A stretch of 61,721 nt of DNA, counting the filler. It is 4 parts of 4 records of this genome, joined end to end, with 100 filler letters (N's around TTAATTAATTAA, not from the genome) between each part and the next. Parts side by side here need not be neighbours in the genome. Positions count along the whole stretch, not along the records: positions 1 to 23,710 come from DRR723986_11965; 3 more parts are not named here. One strand, 5' to 3'. Shown here piece by piece: positions 9,464-18,721 of this stretch. Below the pieces are notes generated by a model. That model saw only the letters and a program-made list of their open reading frames with translations. It made no database searches and was not told the origin of the DNA. Position 1 is the first letter of the stretch. The number at the start of each line of letters is the position of its first letter. The translations under genes were made by a program, and so were the position numbers.

Positions 9464-10212
9464 ACGGCAGCCTGCCCCTCGCTGGTCGCTTTCATCATCG
9501 TGAGGAACATGTCCGCCAAGTGTTCCTCGCCAGTCGCCTGCCTAATTTCCCCGAGCGTCCCGGTGTACATCAGCTCGCCCTTGTTCAGCAATCCGAAGCG
9601 ATCGCACACCCTTTCTGCTTCATCCAGACGGTGCGTCGACAGCAGCACTGCCTTGCCCATTTCCTTTAGCTTCGCGATGAACTCGAAAACTGTTTGGCTG
9701 CCCACGACATCAAGGCCCCGAGTTGGTTCATCAAGTAGCATGACAGGAGGATCGTGCATCAAGCCGCGCGCCAAAATGACGCGTTGCCGTTGTCCGGTGC
9801 TGAGCGTGCTGCAACGTTGGTCAAGAAAGCTACTCAGTTGCAGTTGTTCGCTCAGTCGCTCGAGCCGTTCCTTGGCATCCTGGCGAGAAACAAAATAGAG
9901 GTCGGCGAAGTAGAGTAGCATTTCGCGACTGGTCAGCCACGGATAGACTCCGTCATTGGTACTGACCATTCCGATATTGGATCGCACCGATGCATTCTCT
10001 GGTCCTGCGCGGACTCCGCCAACTTCGGCGTAACCGCCATCCGCCGGAAGCAAACCCATCACGATTCGCAGTGTGGTTGTCTTGCCAGCCCCGTTGGGCC
10101 CCAATAACCCGAAGACCTCCCCGCCGCCAACTGCAAAGGAAACATCGTTGAGTGCCTGAGTGACTTGCCCAGCCCACTGAAATTGCTTCGACAGACCTTG
10201 GGTGACGATCAT
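9460..10212 (-). CDS. NatA-like ABC transporter ATP-binding protein
   Basis: GPNGAGKTT, LSTGQRQR, LLDEPT, STH; overlaps the permease start by 4 nt. Confidence 0.9.
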   Translation of the reverse strand: MIVTQGLSKQFQWAGQVTQALNDVSFAVGGGEVFGLLGPNGAGKTTTLRIVMGLLPADGGYAEVGGVRAGPENASVRSNIGMVSTNDGVYPWLTSREMLLYFADLYFVSRQDAKERLERLSEQLQLSSFLDQRCSTLSTGQRQRVILARGLMHDPPVMLLDEPTRGLDVVGSQTVFEFIAKLKEMGKAVLLSTHRLDEAERVCDRFGLLNKGELMYTGTLGEIRQATGEEHLADMFLTMMKATSEGQAAV

Positions 10213-10499
10213 GGATGGGCTGGTTGTGAGAAGAGTGGATGGAAGAGCGGGTTTCAGCGGTAGTTTACCGCAGTAGGCAACCACGGAAAGCCACATATCA
10301 CGTCCTCGCGAGCCGTCAGGCAAATATGCCCATAAAAATGCGGTCGATTTCACACTTGGCGAAACTATGGCGGCTTTGAAGCGATCGCAAGCAACACAAA
10401 CAGTCGCCATCTGGCACAATCCGTTTTGCTACACTGAAACTGCTTCGTTGAGCTTGCTACACTGAAGGCAAACTCCCACGTTACTGAAAGGAATCTGGT

Positions 10500-12719
10500 G
10501 TGTTTGGCAAGCTGATTCAGTACTGCACCGTATCAGCGGTTTTAGCCTGCGTGCAGGTACTCTTTTTCGGCTCTGGCGGCCTGGCGCAGGAAGTCTTCAG
10601 GGCGGTCGCTAGCGAGGCGAGCCTGCCGGCAAGGTTCGCCAATGGCCAGTTTCTAGGCGCAGCGAATCAGCCACTTAGCGGCGTAAGATTTCAAGTCGTT
10701 GTTGTTGAGCGATGTGGCAATGTGCTCAAGCGGCATTATAAAAACGAAGTTGGCTCAACTGACGCTCAGGGAAAGTTTGTTGTTACGCTTCCCGAAGCGG
10801 AGAACCTCGAGTCGGCGCATATCATCGCCTACCGGGAAGGGTTTGCGTTTGCAACCAAAGACGTCAGCAGACTGCGTGTCGGGGGAGAATTGAATGCGAT
10901 TGTGCTCCGACGCAAGTCGAAGTCAACGATTACGGTGCTTTCTGACAGCGGAGCACCTGTCGCTGGCGCAAAGTTGCGTTCGTTTTCCTCGCAAAGCGAC
11001 CAGCCACCGATTGTAGTTGGCGACTGGGGACGATTCGGATTGTCAATCCCGGAGTCAGATGAAAAGGGCCAGTTGCAGATACCGGTCCAGTTTCCCGGTG
11101 ATACCTTTTGCTTCGAACTGGAACACGCAGACTTTTCCGTCTACAAACGCCGCGATCAATCGACCGGCCAAGACCTAGTCGCCAAGCTGGATTCTGGTAG
11201 AGAAATTCCTGTTCATGTTGTCTGCACGTCAGACGGCCGCGCAGTGAATCATGCACGCGTGCAGGCAGTTGTGAACACTGCACTTGGGGCGTATCGGCAG
11301 GATATTGCAATCGACGCCGAGGGAAGGGGAACTTTCCGGGTTGCATCGCAAGAATTTGCGTTACACGCTGATCATCCTGATTACGCCGCCCGATCATGGT
11401 ATAGCCAGCAGCCGGGCGCTGCGAAACTGACTCTGCAACCGTATTCGCAAATCCATGGCAGAGTTGTTCTTGAAAATGGAGAACCAGTGGAAGGCGTCGA
11501 GATCGGTGCCCACGGGGCGAGCAAGTTGATTGCCGTGTGCGCGAGCGATGCTGCGGGGAGGTTCTCACTGCGTGTTCCCAGCTCCTCGAAACCATACGCG
11601 GTGTCCGTGTATGACCGAGATACATGGATCAACATTGGGCAAGATGCATTCTTGGTTAACGTCTCGAGTGAAGCCGATGGCATAAGAAGGCCGGTGGAGT
11701 TTGTTGTTGTTCGTCGACCTCCGTTTCGCGGTATCGTCACTTTTCCGGATGGCAAGCCTGCATCAAACGCGGTCGTTCAGCTACAAGGAGAATACGTGAT
11801 AGCGGACGAAGGTGGCGAGTTTGTGTTGCGGGCGGCGACTGAGAAGCCGTTTTTTGTTAGGCATCCATTTAAACGCTACTCGGGGGCCTTTTTGCAGTCT
11901 TATGGCTGGCGTGACTCATTGGCCGGCAAGCACCAGAAGCTTGAACTTGGAAGGGAAACAACTGCTTTCGGGAGAGTCGTGGATGAGGCGGGGGTTGGTG
12001 TGTCGAGGGCCCCGGTAATCATACAGTCCATAATGGAAGCGCAAGATGGTCTGGTTGAAAACTACATGGTCCCTAGCTCTGGTATGACGCGGGACGACGG
12101 TACATTTCGAATCGACGGAATTCCCAAGAGCCTTCCCTATTCCCCTGTGACCTCCGGTTTCCTGGGATTTAGATCGGCCAACACTAAGAACCGAAGACTG
12201 ATTCGTGAGATCCGGCCGATCTCACGGCAGAAGTCGATGATTATGGCTAACGCTGTTGCACGACAGATGCGAGCCTCTGCTCCTGAGCCTGTTCCCGAGC
12301 AGTTGGGCAATATTGAGTGCAACGCGTGGCTAGCTAATGGCCCCATCCGACGGGGAGATCTAGAGGGGCGTAGTGTGCTGCTAGCGGTTGGTTCTGCAAC
12401 AAGCGTTCTTCCGGTCCTCCAATTGTGTCATCGACTCTACGCTGATCACGGACTTTCGGTGGTTTACGTTGTTTCTGAATATGGATTGGGCTCAGCCAGT
12501 GCGGACCAGTCCAATTCCGAAGTCGCGATCAAGAGTTTGCCCTTTGCAGTCGGCCAGGATTCAGGAGCAATCCGTCAGCGTTATTCCGTTGACCATGGTC
12601 TCCGGCTAATACTCTATGACAGTCAGCACAAGCTTGTCCGCGAAATCAAGACAGATTGTTTTCGAGAGGTTCGGAGTTTTATGCTGTCGCAACTCCAAGA
12701 TGAAACGCAGCAACGTTAA
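10500..12719 (+). CDS. Secreted carboxypeptidase-regulatory-like repeat protein with C-terminal thioredoxin-like domain
   Basis: Signal peptide; repeated G.VV..G.PV.G / TD..G.F units; C-terminal WLANGPIRRGDLEGRSVLL. Confidence 0.7.
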   Translation: MFGKLIQYCTVSAVLACVQVLFFGSGGLAQEVFRAVASEASLPARFANGQFLGAANQPLSGVRFQVVVVERCGNVLKRHYKNEVGSTDAQGKFVVTLPEAENLESAHIIAYREGFAFATKDVSRLRVGGELNAIVLRRKSKSTITVLSDSGAPVAGAKLRSFSSQSDQPPIVVGDWGRFGLSIPESDEKGQLQIPVQFPGDTFCFELEHADFSVYKRRDQSTGQDLVAKLDSGREIPVHVVCTSDGRAVNHARVQAVVNTALGAYRQDIAIDAEGRGTFRVASQEFALHADHPDYAARSWYSQQPGAAKLTLQPYSQIHGRVVLENGEPVEGVEIGAHGASKLIAVCASDAAGRFSLRVPSSSKPYAVSVYDRDTWINIGQDAFLVNVSSEADGIRRPVEFVVVRRPPFRGIVTFPDGKPASNAVVQLQGEYVIADEGGEFVLRAATEKPFFVRHPFKRYSGAFLQSYGWRDSLAGKHQKLELGRETTAFGRVVDEAGVGVSRAPVIIQSIMEAQDGLVENYMVPSSGMTRDDGTFRIDGIPKSLPYSPVTSGFLGFRSANTKNRRLIREIRPISRQKSMIMANAVARQMRASAPEPVPEQLGNIECNAWLANGPIRRGDLEGRSVLLAVGSATSVLPVLQLCHRLYADHGLSVVYVVSEYGLGSASADQSNSEVAIKSLPFAVGQDSGAIRQRYSVDHGLRLILYDSQHKLVREIKTDCFREVRSFMLSQLQDETQQR

Positions 12720-13000
12720 CTGCCAAGCGAAATACACGCGGCGTTGATGCCAAGCTGGTACTACTGCGGGCGACTGGACCTGCCGCGGAGACTGGTCTTG
12801 CTGCCGAAACAACGAGCGGCAAGGAGTCATCTGAGGCCAATGCTTTCGTCCTAAGTTTCGACCGGGATTCAAGGCGGTTTTCTGGCTGTGAAAATCTGAC
12901 AAAGTGGCGTGTGCCGCAGGATCGAAGCCGGTCGTGTGAGTATCATGGGACGAAGTCCATGTGCACCACGTCCACCTCTAGGATTTTAGAGCTTAACCAT

Positions 13001-16000
13001 ATGCTTTCTATGACAATTCGAGTTGGCATCGCCTCTCTATTGCTTTTCGGTAACTGCGCCTTCACCTCCGCCGCGGAGAAGCCAGCTACCGGTGATTCAC
13101 AGCCTGGCTTCGCGTCGGGTGAAGAGTTCCTGCCGATCCTAGACGGCCTTGAGTATCGTTCAATTGGTCCTTATCGAGGCGGGAGATCGGCGGCGTGCAC
13201 CGGTGTTCCCGGTAAGCCAATGCTCTACTACTTCGGTGCCGCTGGTGGCGGTGTCTGGAAGACCGAGGACGGCGGTTCAAACTGGAACTGTATATCTGAC
13301 GGTTACTTCGGCGGATCGATTGGAGCAATCGCGGTGGCTCCATCCAATCCCAACACGATCTATGTCGGAGGCGGTGAAGTTACCATTCGCGGCAACGTTT
13401 CTCATGGCAGCGGCATGTGGAAGTCGATCGACGCCGGCAAGACTTGGACGCACATCGGTCTTGACGATTCTCATTGTATACCACGGCTTCGAGTGGATCC
13501 GAACGATTCGGATATTGTCTATGCCGCTGTGCTCGGCCATTTATACGGGCCGAACCAGCAACGCGGAGTATTCAAGTCGACTGATGGTGGTGAAACTTGG
13601 CGAAGAGTTTTGTTTGTCAGCGACGAAGCTGGTGCGGTCGACCTAATTATGGACCCTAGCAATCCCCGCACTTTGTTTGCGTCGACATGGCGGGTCAAGC
13701 GAACGCCTTATTCTCTTGAGAGTGGCGGTGAGGGATCAGGCCTATGGAAGAGCGAAGACGCCGGAGAAACTTGGACTGAGATTTCTAGCAATCCAGGACT
13801 GCCAGGCGGAACGCTAGGCATTATCGGCATCACTGTTTCGCCCGTGGATTCAGCTCGTATGTGGGCGATCATCGAAGCAGAAAACGGTGGCGTGTTCGCA
13901 TCGCGAAACGGCGGCGAAACTTGGTCGAAGGTAAACGACGAACGCAAATTGCGGCAACGGGCTTGGTACTACACGCGAATTTACGCCAGCACCGAAAATG
14001 TTGACGAAGTTTATGTGGTGAACGTCGGACTGCACCGATCCACTGACGGAGGCAGAACATACTCATCAATCCGAACACCACACGGCGACCACCACGATCT
14101 TTGGATCGCACCGGAAGACAGTACTCGGATGATCGTCGCTGATGATGGAGGTGGACAAGTTACCTTTGACGGAGGCGTCAATTGGTCGACTTATTACAAC
14201 CAGCCCACGGCACAATTCTATCGAGTGACGACCGACAACCACTTTCCGTATCGAATCTATGGGGCCCAGCAAGATAACTCAACGGTTCGCATTTCGCACC
14301 GCACCGGTAGTGGCCGCATTACAGAATCCGACTGGGAGTCGACCGCGGGAGGCGAAAGCGGGCACATCGCACCCGATCCACGAAACCCTGAAATCGTTTA
14401 CGGCGGATCCTACGGCGGCTTCCTCACTCGCTTGGATCACTCCACCGGCGAAAGTCGCAATATCCACGTTTGGCCTGACAATCCGATGGGCAGCGGGGCT
14501 GGGGCAAACAAGTATCGATTCCAATGGAATTTCCCGATCTTCTTCTCGCCGCATGACCCTGGCGTGCTCTATACGGCCGCGAATGTCCTGTTCAAGACCA
14601 CCGATGAAGGGCAGAGTTGGACTCAAGTTAGCCCAGATTTGACCCGCAACGCGCCAAAGCGTTTGGGATCGTCGGGCGGGCCAATAACACAAGACAACAC
14701 CAGTGTTGAATACTATTGCACAATCTTTGCCGCTCTCGAATCGCCGCACGAACAAGGCGTTCTTTGGGCGGGCAGTGATGATGGGCTGTTGCACATCTCA
14801 CGCGACGCTGGCGAGAACTGGGAAAACGTAACGCCGCCCGACCTGCCGGAGTGGGCGCAAATCAACTCGATCGAGGCGCATCCGACAAATCCTGGCGGAC
14901 TGTACGTCGCGGCAACTTGTTATAAGAGCGATGATTTCAAGCCCTACCTGTTCAAGACCGACGACTACGGCAAATCATGGGATTCGATCACGAAGGGAAT
15001 CGACTCAAAGCACTTTACGCGAGTCGTAAGAGCCGATCCAGGGCGTCCAGGTTTGCTGTACGCTGGCACTGAGGCTGGCATGTACGTTTCGTTCAACGAT
15101 GGCTCGCTTTGGCATCCTTTTCAGTTGAACTTGCCCATCGTCCCAATCACCGACCTTGCGATCAAGGATGACGATCTGATCGTCGCGACGCAGGGGCGGT
15201 CGTTCTGGATCCTCGATGACTTGTCCATTCTGCATCAGTTGAACGACGATGTTGTCGAGAGCGACTTGTACGTGTTCAAGCCCGCAACCACGATCAAAAT
15301 GCGCGGTCGAGGTGGTCGTGGGGCTGTCAATGCGTCTGGCCGCGACTTGCCATCGGGAGCGACAATACATTTCAACATCGGTGAGCCGTTGAAGAAAGGA
15401 CAGACTGCTTCACTGGAGTTCAGTGACTCCGACGGCAATCTTGTCCGACGCTTCGCAACCAAGCCTGACCGGAAGGCAAACGAGCTGCCGCTGAAAATCG
15501 AGGAAGGCCTTAACCGATTCAACTGGGACATGCAGTATCCGCCGGCAGAGTCCTTCGACGGGCTGGTGATGTGGAGCGGCAGTGTACGTGGACCGCGCGC
15601 CGTTCCGGGAACATACACGGCGAAGCTATCCGTCGGCGATGTTAGCCAAACCGTTGACGTCGACATTGTTGCTGATCCTCGCAGTTCGGCGACGGAAGAA
15701 GATCATCGACTGCAGTTCGAATTCCTGATCGAAGTGCGTGATAAGCTCTCCGAGACACACTTGGCCATCAAGCAGATTCGTGACCTGCGAAGTCAGATTG
15801 AGGCATACGCGTCGCGTTTAACCGAGCAAACGGCTGATGCGGACGCCGATGAAACCGCTAAGAAGGACGCTGAGGATGCACCGAGTGGTGCCAGTAAAAT
15901 TCGCGACCTCGCCAAGGAGGTGGCGGGCGAGCTAACGGCCATTGAAGAAACTCTTTATCAAACCAAGAACCGCAGCTCTCAAGATCCACTGAACTTCCCG

Positions 16001-16210
16001 ATTCGTCTCAATGATAAGCTCAGTGGCGTGGGCAGTGTTGCCGCGACCGGTAGTTTCCGTCCGACCGCTCAGGCGCTGGCGGTGCGAGCTGAGTTGGTGG
16101 AGAAGATCGATGCCGAATTGGCAAAGCTAGCCGAGCTTGTCGAATCGAAGATCCCTGAGCTAAATCGATTGATACGCGAGAACGAGATACCAGCCATTTT
16201 CGTCAAGTGA
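13001..16210 (+). CDS. VPS10/sortilin-like BNR-repeat beta-propeller (glycosyl hydrolase-like)
   Basis: YRSIGPYRGGRS, many (S/T)xDxGxTW Asp-box repeats, HGDHHDLWI, RFQWNFP, NFPIRLNDKL. Confidence 0.9.
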   Translation: MLSMTIRVGIASLLLFGNCAFTSAAEKPATGDSQPGFASGEEFLPILDGLEYRSIGPYRGGRSAACTGVPGKPMLYYFGAAGGGVWKTEDGGSNWNCISDGYFGGSIGAIAVAPSNPNTIYVGGGEVTIRGNVSHGSGMWKSIDAGKTWTHIGLDDSHCIPRLRVDPNDSDIVYAAVLGHLYGPNQQRGVFKSTDGGETWRRVLFVSDEAGAVDLIMDPSNPRTLFASTWRVKRTPYSLESGGEGSGLWKSEDAGETWTEISSNPGLPGGTLGIIGITVSPVDSARMWAIIEAENGGVFASRNGGETWSKVNDERKLRQRAWYYTRIYASTENVDEVYVVNVGLHRSTDGGRTYSSIRTPHGDHHDLWIAPEDSTRMIVADDGGGQVTFDGGVNWSTYYNQPTAQFYRVTTDNHFPYRIYGAQQDNSTVRISHRTGSGRITESDWESTAGGESGHIAPDPRNPEIVYGGSYGGFLTRLDHSTGESRNIHVWPDNPMGSGAGANKYRFQWNFPIFFSPHDPGVLYTAANVLFKTTDEGQSWTQVSPDLTRNAPKRLGSSGGPITQDNTSVEYYCTIFAALESPHEQGVLWAGSDDGLLHISRDAGENWENVTPPDLPEWAQINSIEAHPTNPGGLYVAATCYKSDDFKPYLFKTDDYGKSWDSITKGIDSKHFTRVVRADPGRPGLLYAGTEAGMYVSFNDGSLWHPFQLNLPIVPITDLAIKDDDLIVATQGRSFWILDDLSILHQLNDDVVESDLYVFKPATTIKMRGRGGRGAVNASGRDLPSGATIHFNIGEPLKKGQTASLEFSDSDGNLVRRFATKPDRKANELPLKIEEGLNRFNWDMQYPPAESFDGLVMWSGSVRGPRAVPGTYTAKLSVGDVSQTVDVDIVADPRSSATEEDHRLQFEFLIEVRDKLSETHLAIKQIRDLRSQIEAYASRLTEQTADADADETAKKDAEDAPSGASKIRDLAKEVAGELTAIEETLYQTKNRSSQDPLNFPIRLNDKLSGVGSVAATGSFRPTAQALAVRAELVEKIDAELAKLAELVESKIPELNRLIRENEIPAIFVK

Positions 16211-16456
16211 CAAAGCCCCCGCCTTGGGGCCTGCGCCATTTAGCTCAGGTCAGCCAGCATAGACGCGAGTAGCGTCGATGAGAACAGTGCGGAAGAAAAC
16301 AGCACGGTTCTCCGAATCACTAGATTGCTCTGCTCGTGCCAAATCGCTAGACTAATTGCAGTGTACGCTGTTGTTTATGCATCAGCGTAATTTTTTGGAT
16401 TCACTGCGCGAGGATATCACTGTCTTCGCAGTCACTTAGGCCAGAGGTTGCGAGCG

Positions 16457-16864
16457 ATGGCGGAAACAGTCCGACGGGTAAAGAAACGTGGCACGACAGA
16501 TGGCATGCCGCTGGAGTCGGCCGCAGATGCAGCAGCGATCATCACGCTTGGCATCGCCCTGTTGGCTGGTTTGGGCGCAGTCGTTTCTGCTCTTCAGACT
16601 CCGGTCCCCTTCGTCTCATTGCCGGTCGTTGTCGCGATCGGGGTAGGCGGATTCTTCGGGTGGCTAATGTGGCGAGCTGTAGCTGAACACATTCGCCTGC
16701 AGAAGGCAATTGCCGGTTTGCGGTACAGCGGCGAGATCAGTGGACACCGCGAGCGAGAATTTTGGGCCTGCAGCGCATGTGGCATGCCTGTACATTCTGA
16801 TTCTCGTTGCGATGGCTGCGGTAAAGCTTTTAAGTCCGACGACGCCAGCAGCGATTCGCTATAG
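16457..16864 (+). CDS. Hypothetical 2-TM protein with C-terminal zinc ribbon
   Basis: Two hydrophobic helices; CSAC...CDGC. Confidence 0.6.
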   Translation: MAETVRRVKKRGTTDGMPLESAADAAAIITLGIALLAGLGAVVSALQTPVPFVSLPVVVAIGVGGFFGWLMWRAVAEHIRLQKAIAGLRYSGEISGHREREFWACSACGMPVHSDSRCDGCGKAFKSDDASSDSL

Positions 16865-16946
16865 TTTGGGTGATTCTTTAGCCATTCCATGCGATAAAGT
16901 TGTCGCTAGAATCTTCTGTAACAAATAGCAGCGTCGAACTAGTGAA

Positions 16947-17258
16947 GTGGAGAACTTGATGCTGGCACAAACAGTTCTCGATTCGCAGTTCGGCGTTCCG
17001 TTCTTCGCTATACTCGTAGTATTTGCACTTTCGACGTTTTGGCCGTTGGCGCGGCTTCCCTTCTCCAAGATGTTTGCGTGCTTCTCAGTGCTAATCATTC
17101 CACTTTGGGCCTGGTACGAGTACGCCCTTCCGTCTGATATGAATATCCGCGTTGATTTGTTTGTCTTACTTCCGCTTGCTGCACTCTCCGCGATCCTGCT
17201 GGCCGTTCGAATGCCTTGGGTTCTAGAAAATCAATCAAGCACAGATTCAAACCAATAG
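16947..17258 (+). CDS. Hypothetical small membrane protein
   Basis: Three hydrophobic segments; YE....NIRVDL motif. Confidence 0.6.
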   Translation: MENLMLAQTVLDSQFGVPFFAILVVFALSTFWPLARLPFSKMFACFSVLIIPLWAWYEYALPSDMNIRVDLFVLLPLAALSAILLAVRMPWVLENQSSTDSNQ

Positions 17259-17569
17259 TTCCTTGAACGCGTTTCCGTTTCCTCGTTTTGTCCTTCCTGG
17301 CATTGGCGTAGAGCAAGCAAGCTGTAGTTAATCAAGTCGGGAGATCTTCGGATCGCACCCGTTCTGGCTCAGCTTAGGAGGCTTCGTTGTGTTCGCCATC
17401 TATGGGCTGTGTACCTTCGTGCATTGAGTTGGACCAATCCTGGGGCTTCGTATTGGCAGGCGGGCTTGCGTATTCGGTCGCATGCACTGAACATACGGTG
17501 TCTTGATTTGAAGTTTCGCAGGTTGTCTAGCGCGATTCTCTAGTAGCCCAAAATCACTGGCGAGCAATA

Positions 17570-18112
17570 ATGAAAAGCTCTGAAGCAACACCAGACATGG
17601 TTGCCTATTACGAACATCGGACCAAGGAGCACATAGCCCGCGTCCGCAGATGTTTGACTTTGATGGCGTCCGTGACCGAACATTCTGACGAACTTACTGA
17701 GCGTGCACAAATTCATGATGCGTCGAAATTTGGACCTGAAGAACGGGGTCCCTACATTTGGCTGACGGAATTTCATCGGTGCCGTCGCGCGGGGGAGCCT
17801 TTCTCGTATCCTGAAGGAATGGAAGCCCGCGTCCGCTCAGCGATCGACCACCATGTCAAGACAAACCGCCACCACCCTGATTTTCACGACGATCCGAATG
17901 ACATATCAGATGTGGATCTGATCGAAATGGTCTGCGATTGGACCGCGATGTCACAGGAGTTTGGCGCTGACGGCGGTAGCGCTCGTGGTTGGGCGGACAA
18001 GACCATCGGCAAGCGATTGGTTTTAAACGAATCCCGACGCCGATTTGTCTACGAGATGATCGAACTACTGGATACTGCTCTGGGTTCGGATCAAAGTCTT
18101 GCGTCAGAATAG
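17570..18112 (+). CDS. DUF5662-like HD-type protein
   Basis: H..R, HDASKF, HH..NRHHP, DLIEMVCDW.AMS. Confidence 0.75.
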   Translation: MKSSEATPDMVAYYEHRTKEHIARVRRCLTLMASVTEHSDELTERAQIHDASKFGPEERGPYIWLTEFHRCRRAGEPFSYPEGMEARVRSAIDHHVKTNRHHPDFHDDPNDISDVDLIEMVCDWTAMSQEFGADGGSARGWADKTIGKRLVLNESRRRFVYEMIELLDTALGSDQSLASE

Positions 18113-18128
18113 CCCAACTCTCGACTTC

Positions 18129-18150
18129 GTAGAACCGGCTGCCAGCCTGT
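18129..18150 (+). repeat. REP-like palindrome (second family)
   Basis: GTAGAACCGGCTGCCAGCCTGT shares its core with 6284-6305. Confidence 0.5.
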
Positions 18151-18193
18151 TTCGCAAATTCCCGGTGGCGGTGGTGTTCCAAGCAGCGAGACG

Positions 18194-18679
18194 CTACGGT
18201 TGTTCGTAGGTCTCAAGTCGTCGGAAATACTCTACGAAATCAGCGAATTGCGACTGGACCCAGTAGCTGTTCTCGTCCTCAAAGTGGATGACCGTGTAGG
18301 AAGAAGTCTGTAAGATGTCGTCCGTTTCTCGATCAATCTCAGTCTTGCCTTCGGCGAGCGATATCACACAGGAATGGGCGTCAGATGCAAGTACACGATA
18401 TGGCCCAGTGTCTACCTGTCCATCCAACGCGACGATCACTTCTGTGGGAGTGTAGCTGATCCTCATCTTGCCAAGAATGCTCTTCGTCTTCTTGAAGTGC
18501 TGCGCACCAGACTGTGACGACTCAGCTGCAACTTCGGCAGTCTTTTCAACATCGGAAACGCATGTTCCCAGCAGTCGCGGCTCAATGGATACCGTCGATT
18601 TCCTGTTGAGCACAATGCACAGCGCAACTGCGAGCGAAAAGGAGAGGCAGGCCAGGGCAATCGCTACGTAGAACCACAT
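18194..18679 (-). CDS. Hypothetical protein with N-terminal membrane anchor
   Basis: Hydrophobic N-terminus; ends EYFRRL; co-oriented just downstream of sulfite reductase. Confidence 0.6.
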   Translation of the reverse strand: MWFYVAIALACLSFSLAVALCIVLNRKSTVSIEPRLLGTCVSDVEKTAEVAAESSQSGAQHFKKTKSILGKMRISYTPTEVIVALDGQVDTGPYRVLASDAHSCVISLAEGKTEIDRETDDILQTSSYTVIHFEDENSYWVQSQFADFVEYFRRLETYEQP

Positions 18680-18721
18680 AACAATCCTTGACGTCAGTCG
18701 GGAAGAAGTTGAGCAGTGATG

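Noticed and set aside
16211..18190. Integron cassette array
   Set aside because: The small genes are co-oriented, but I found no attC-like RYYYAAC..GTTRRRY hairpins and no integrase.
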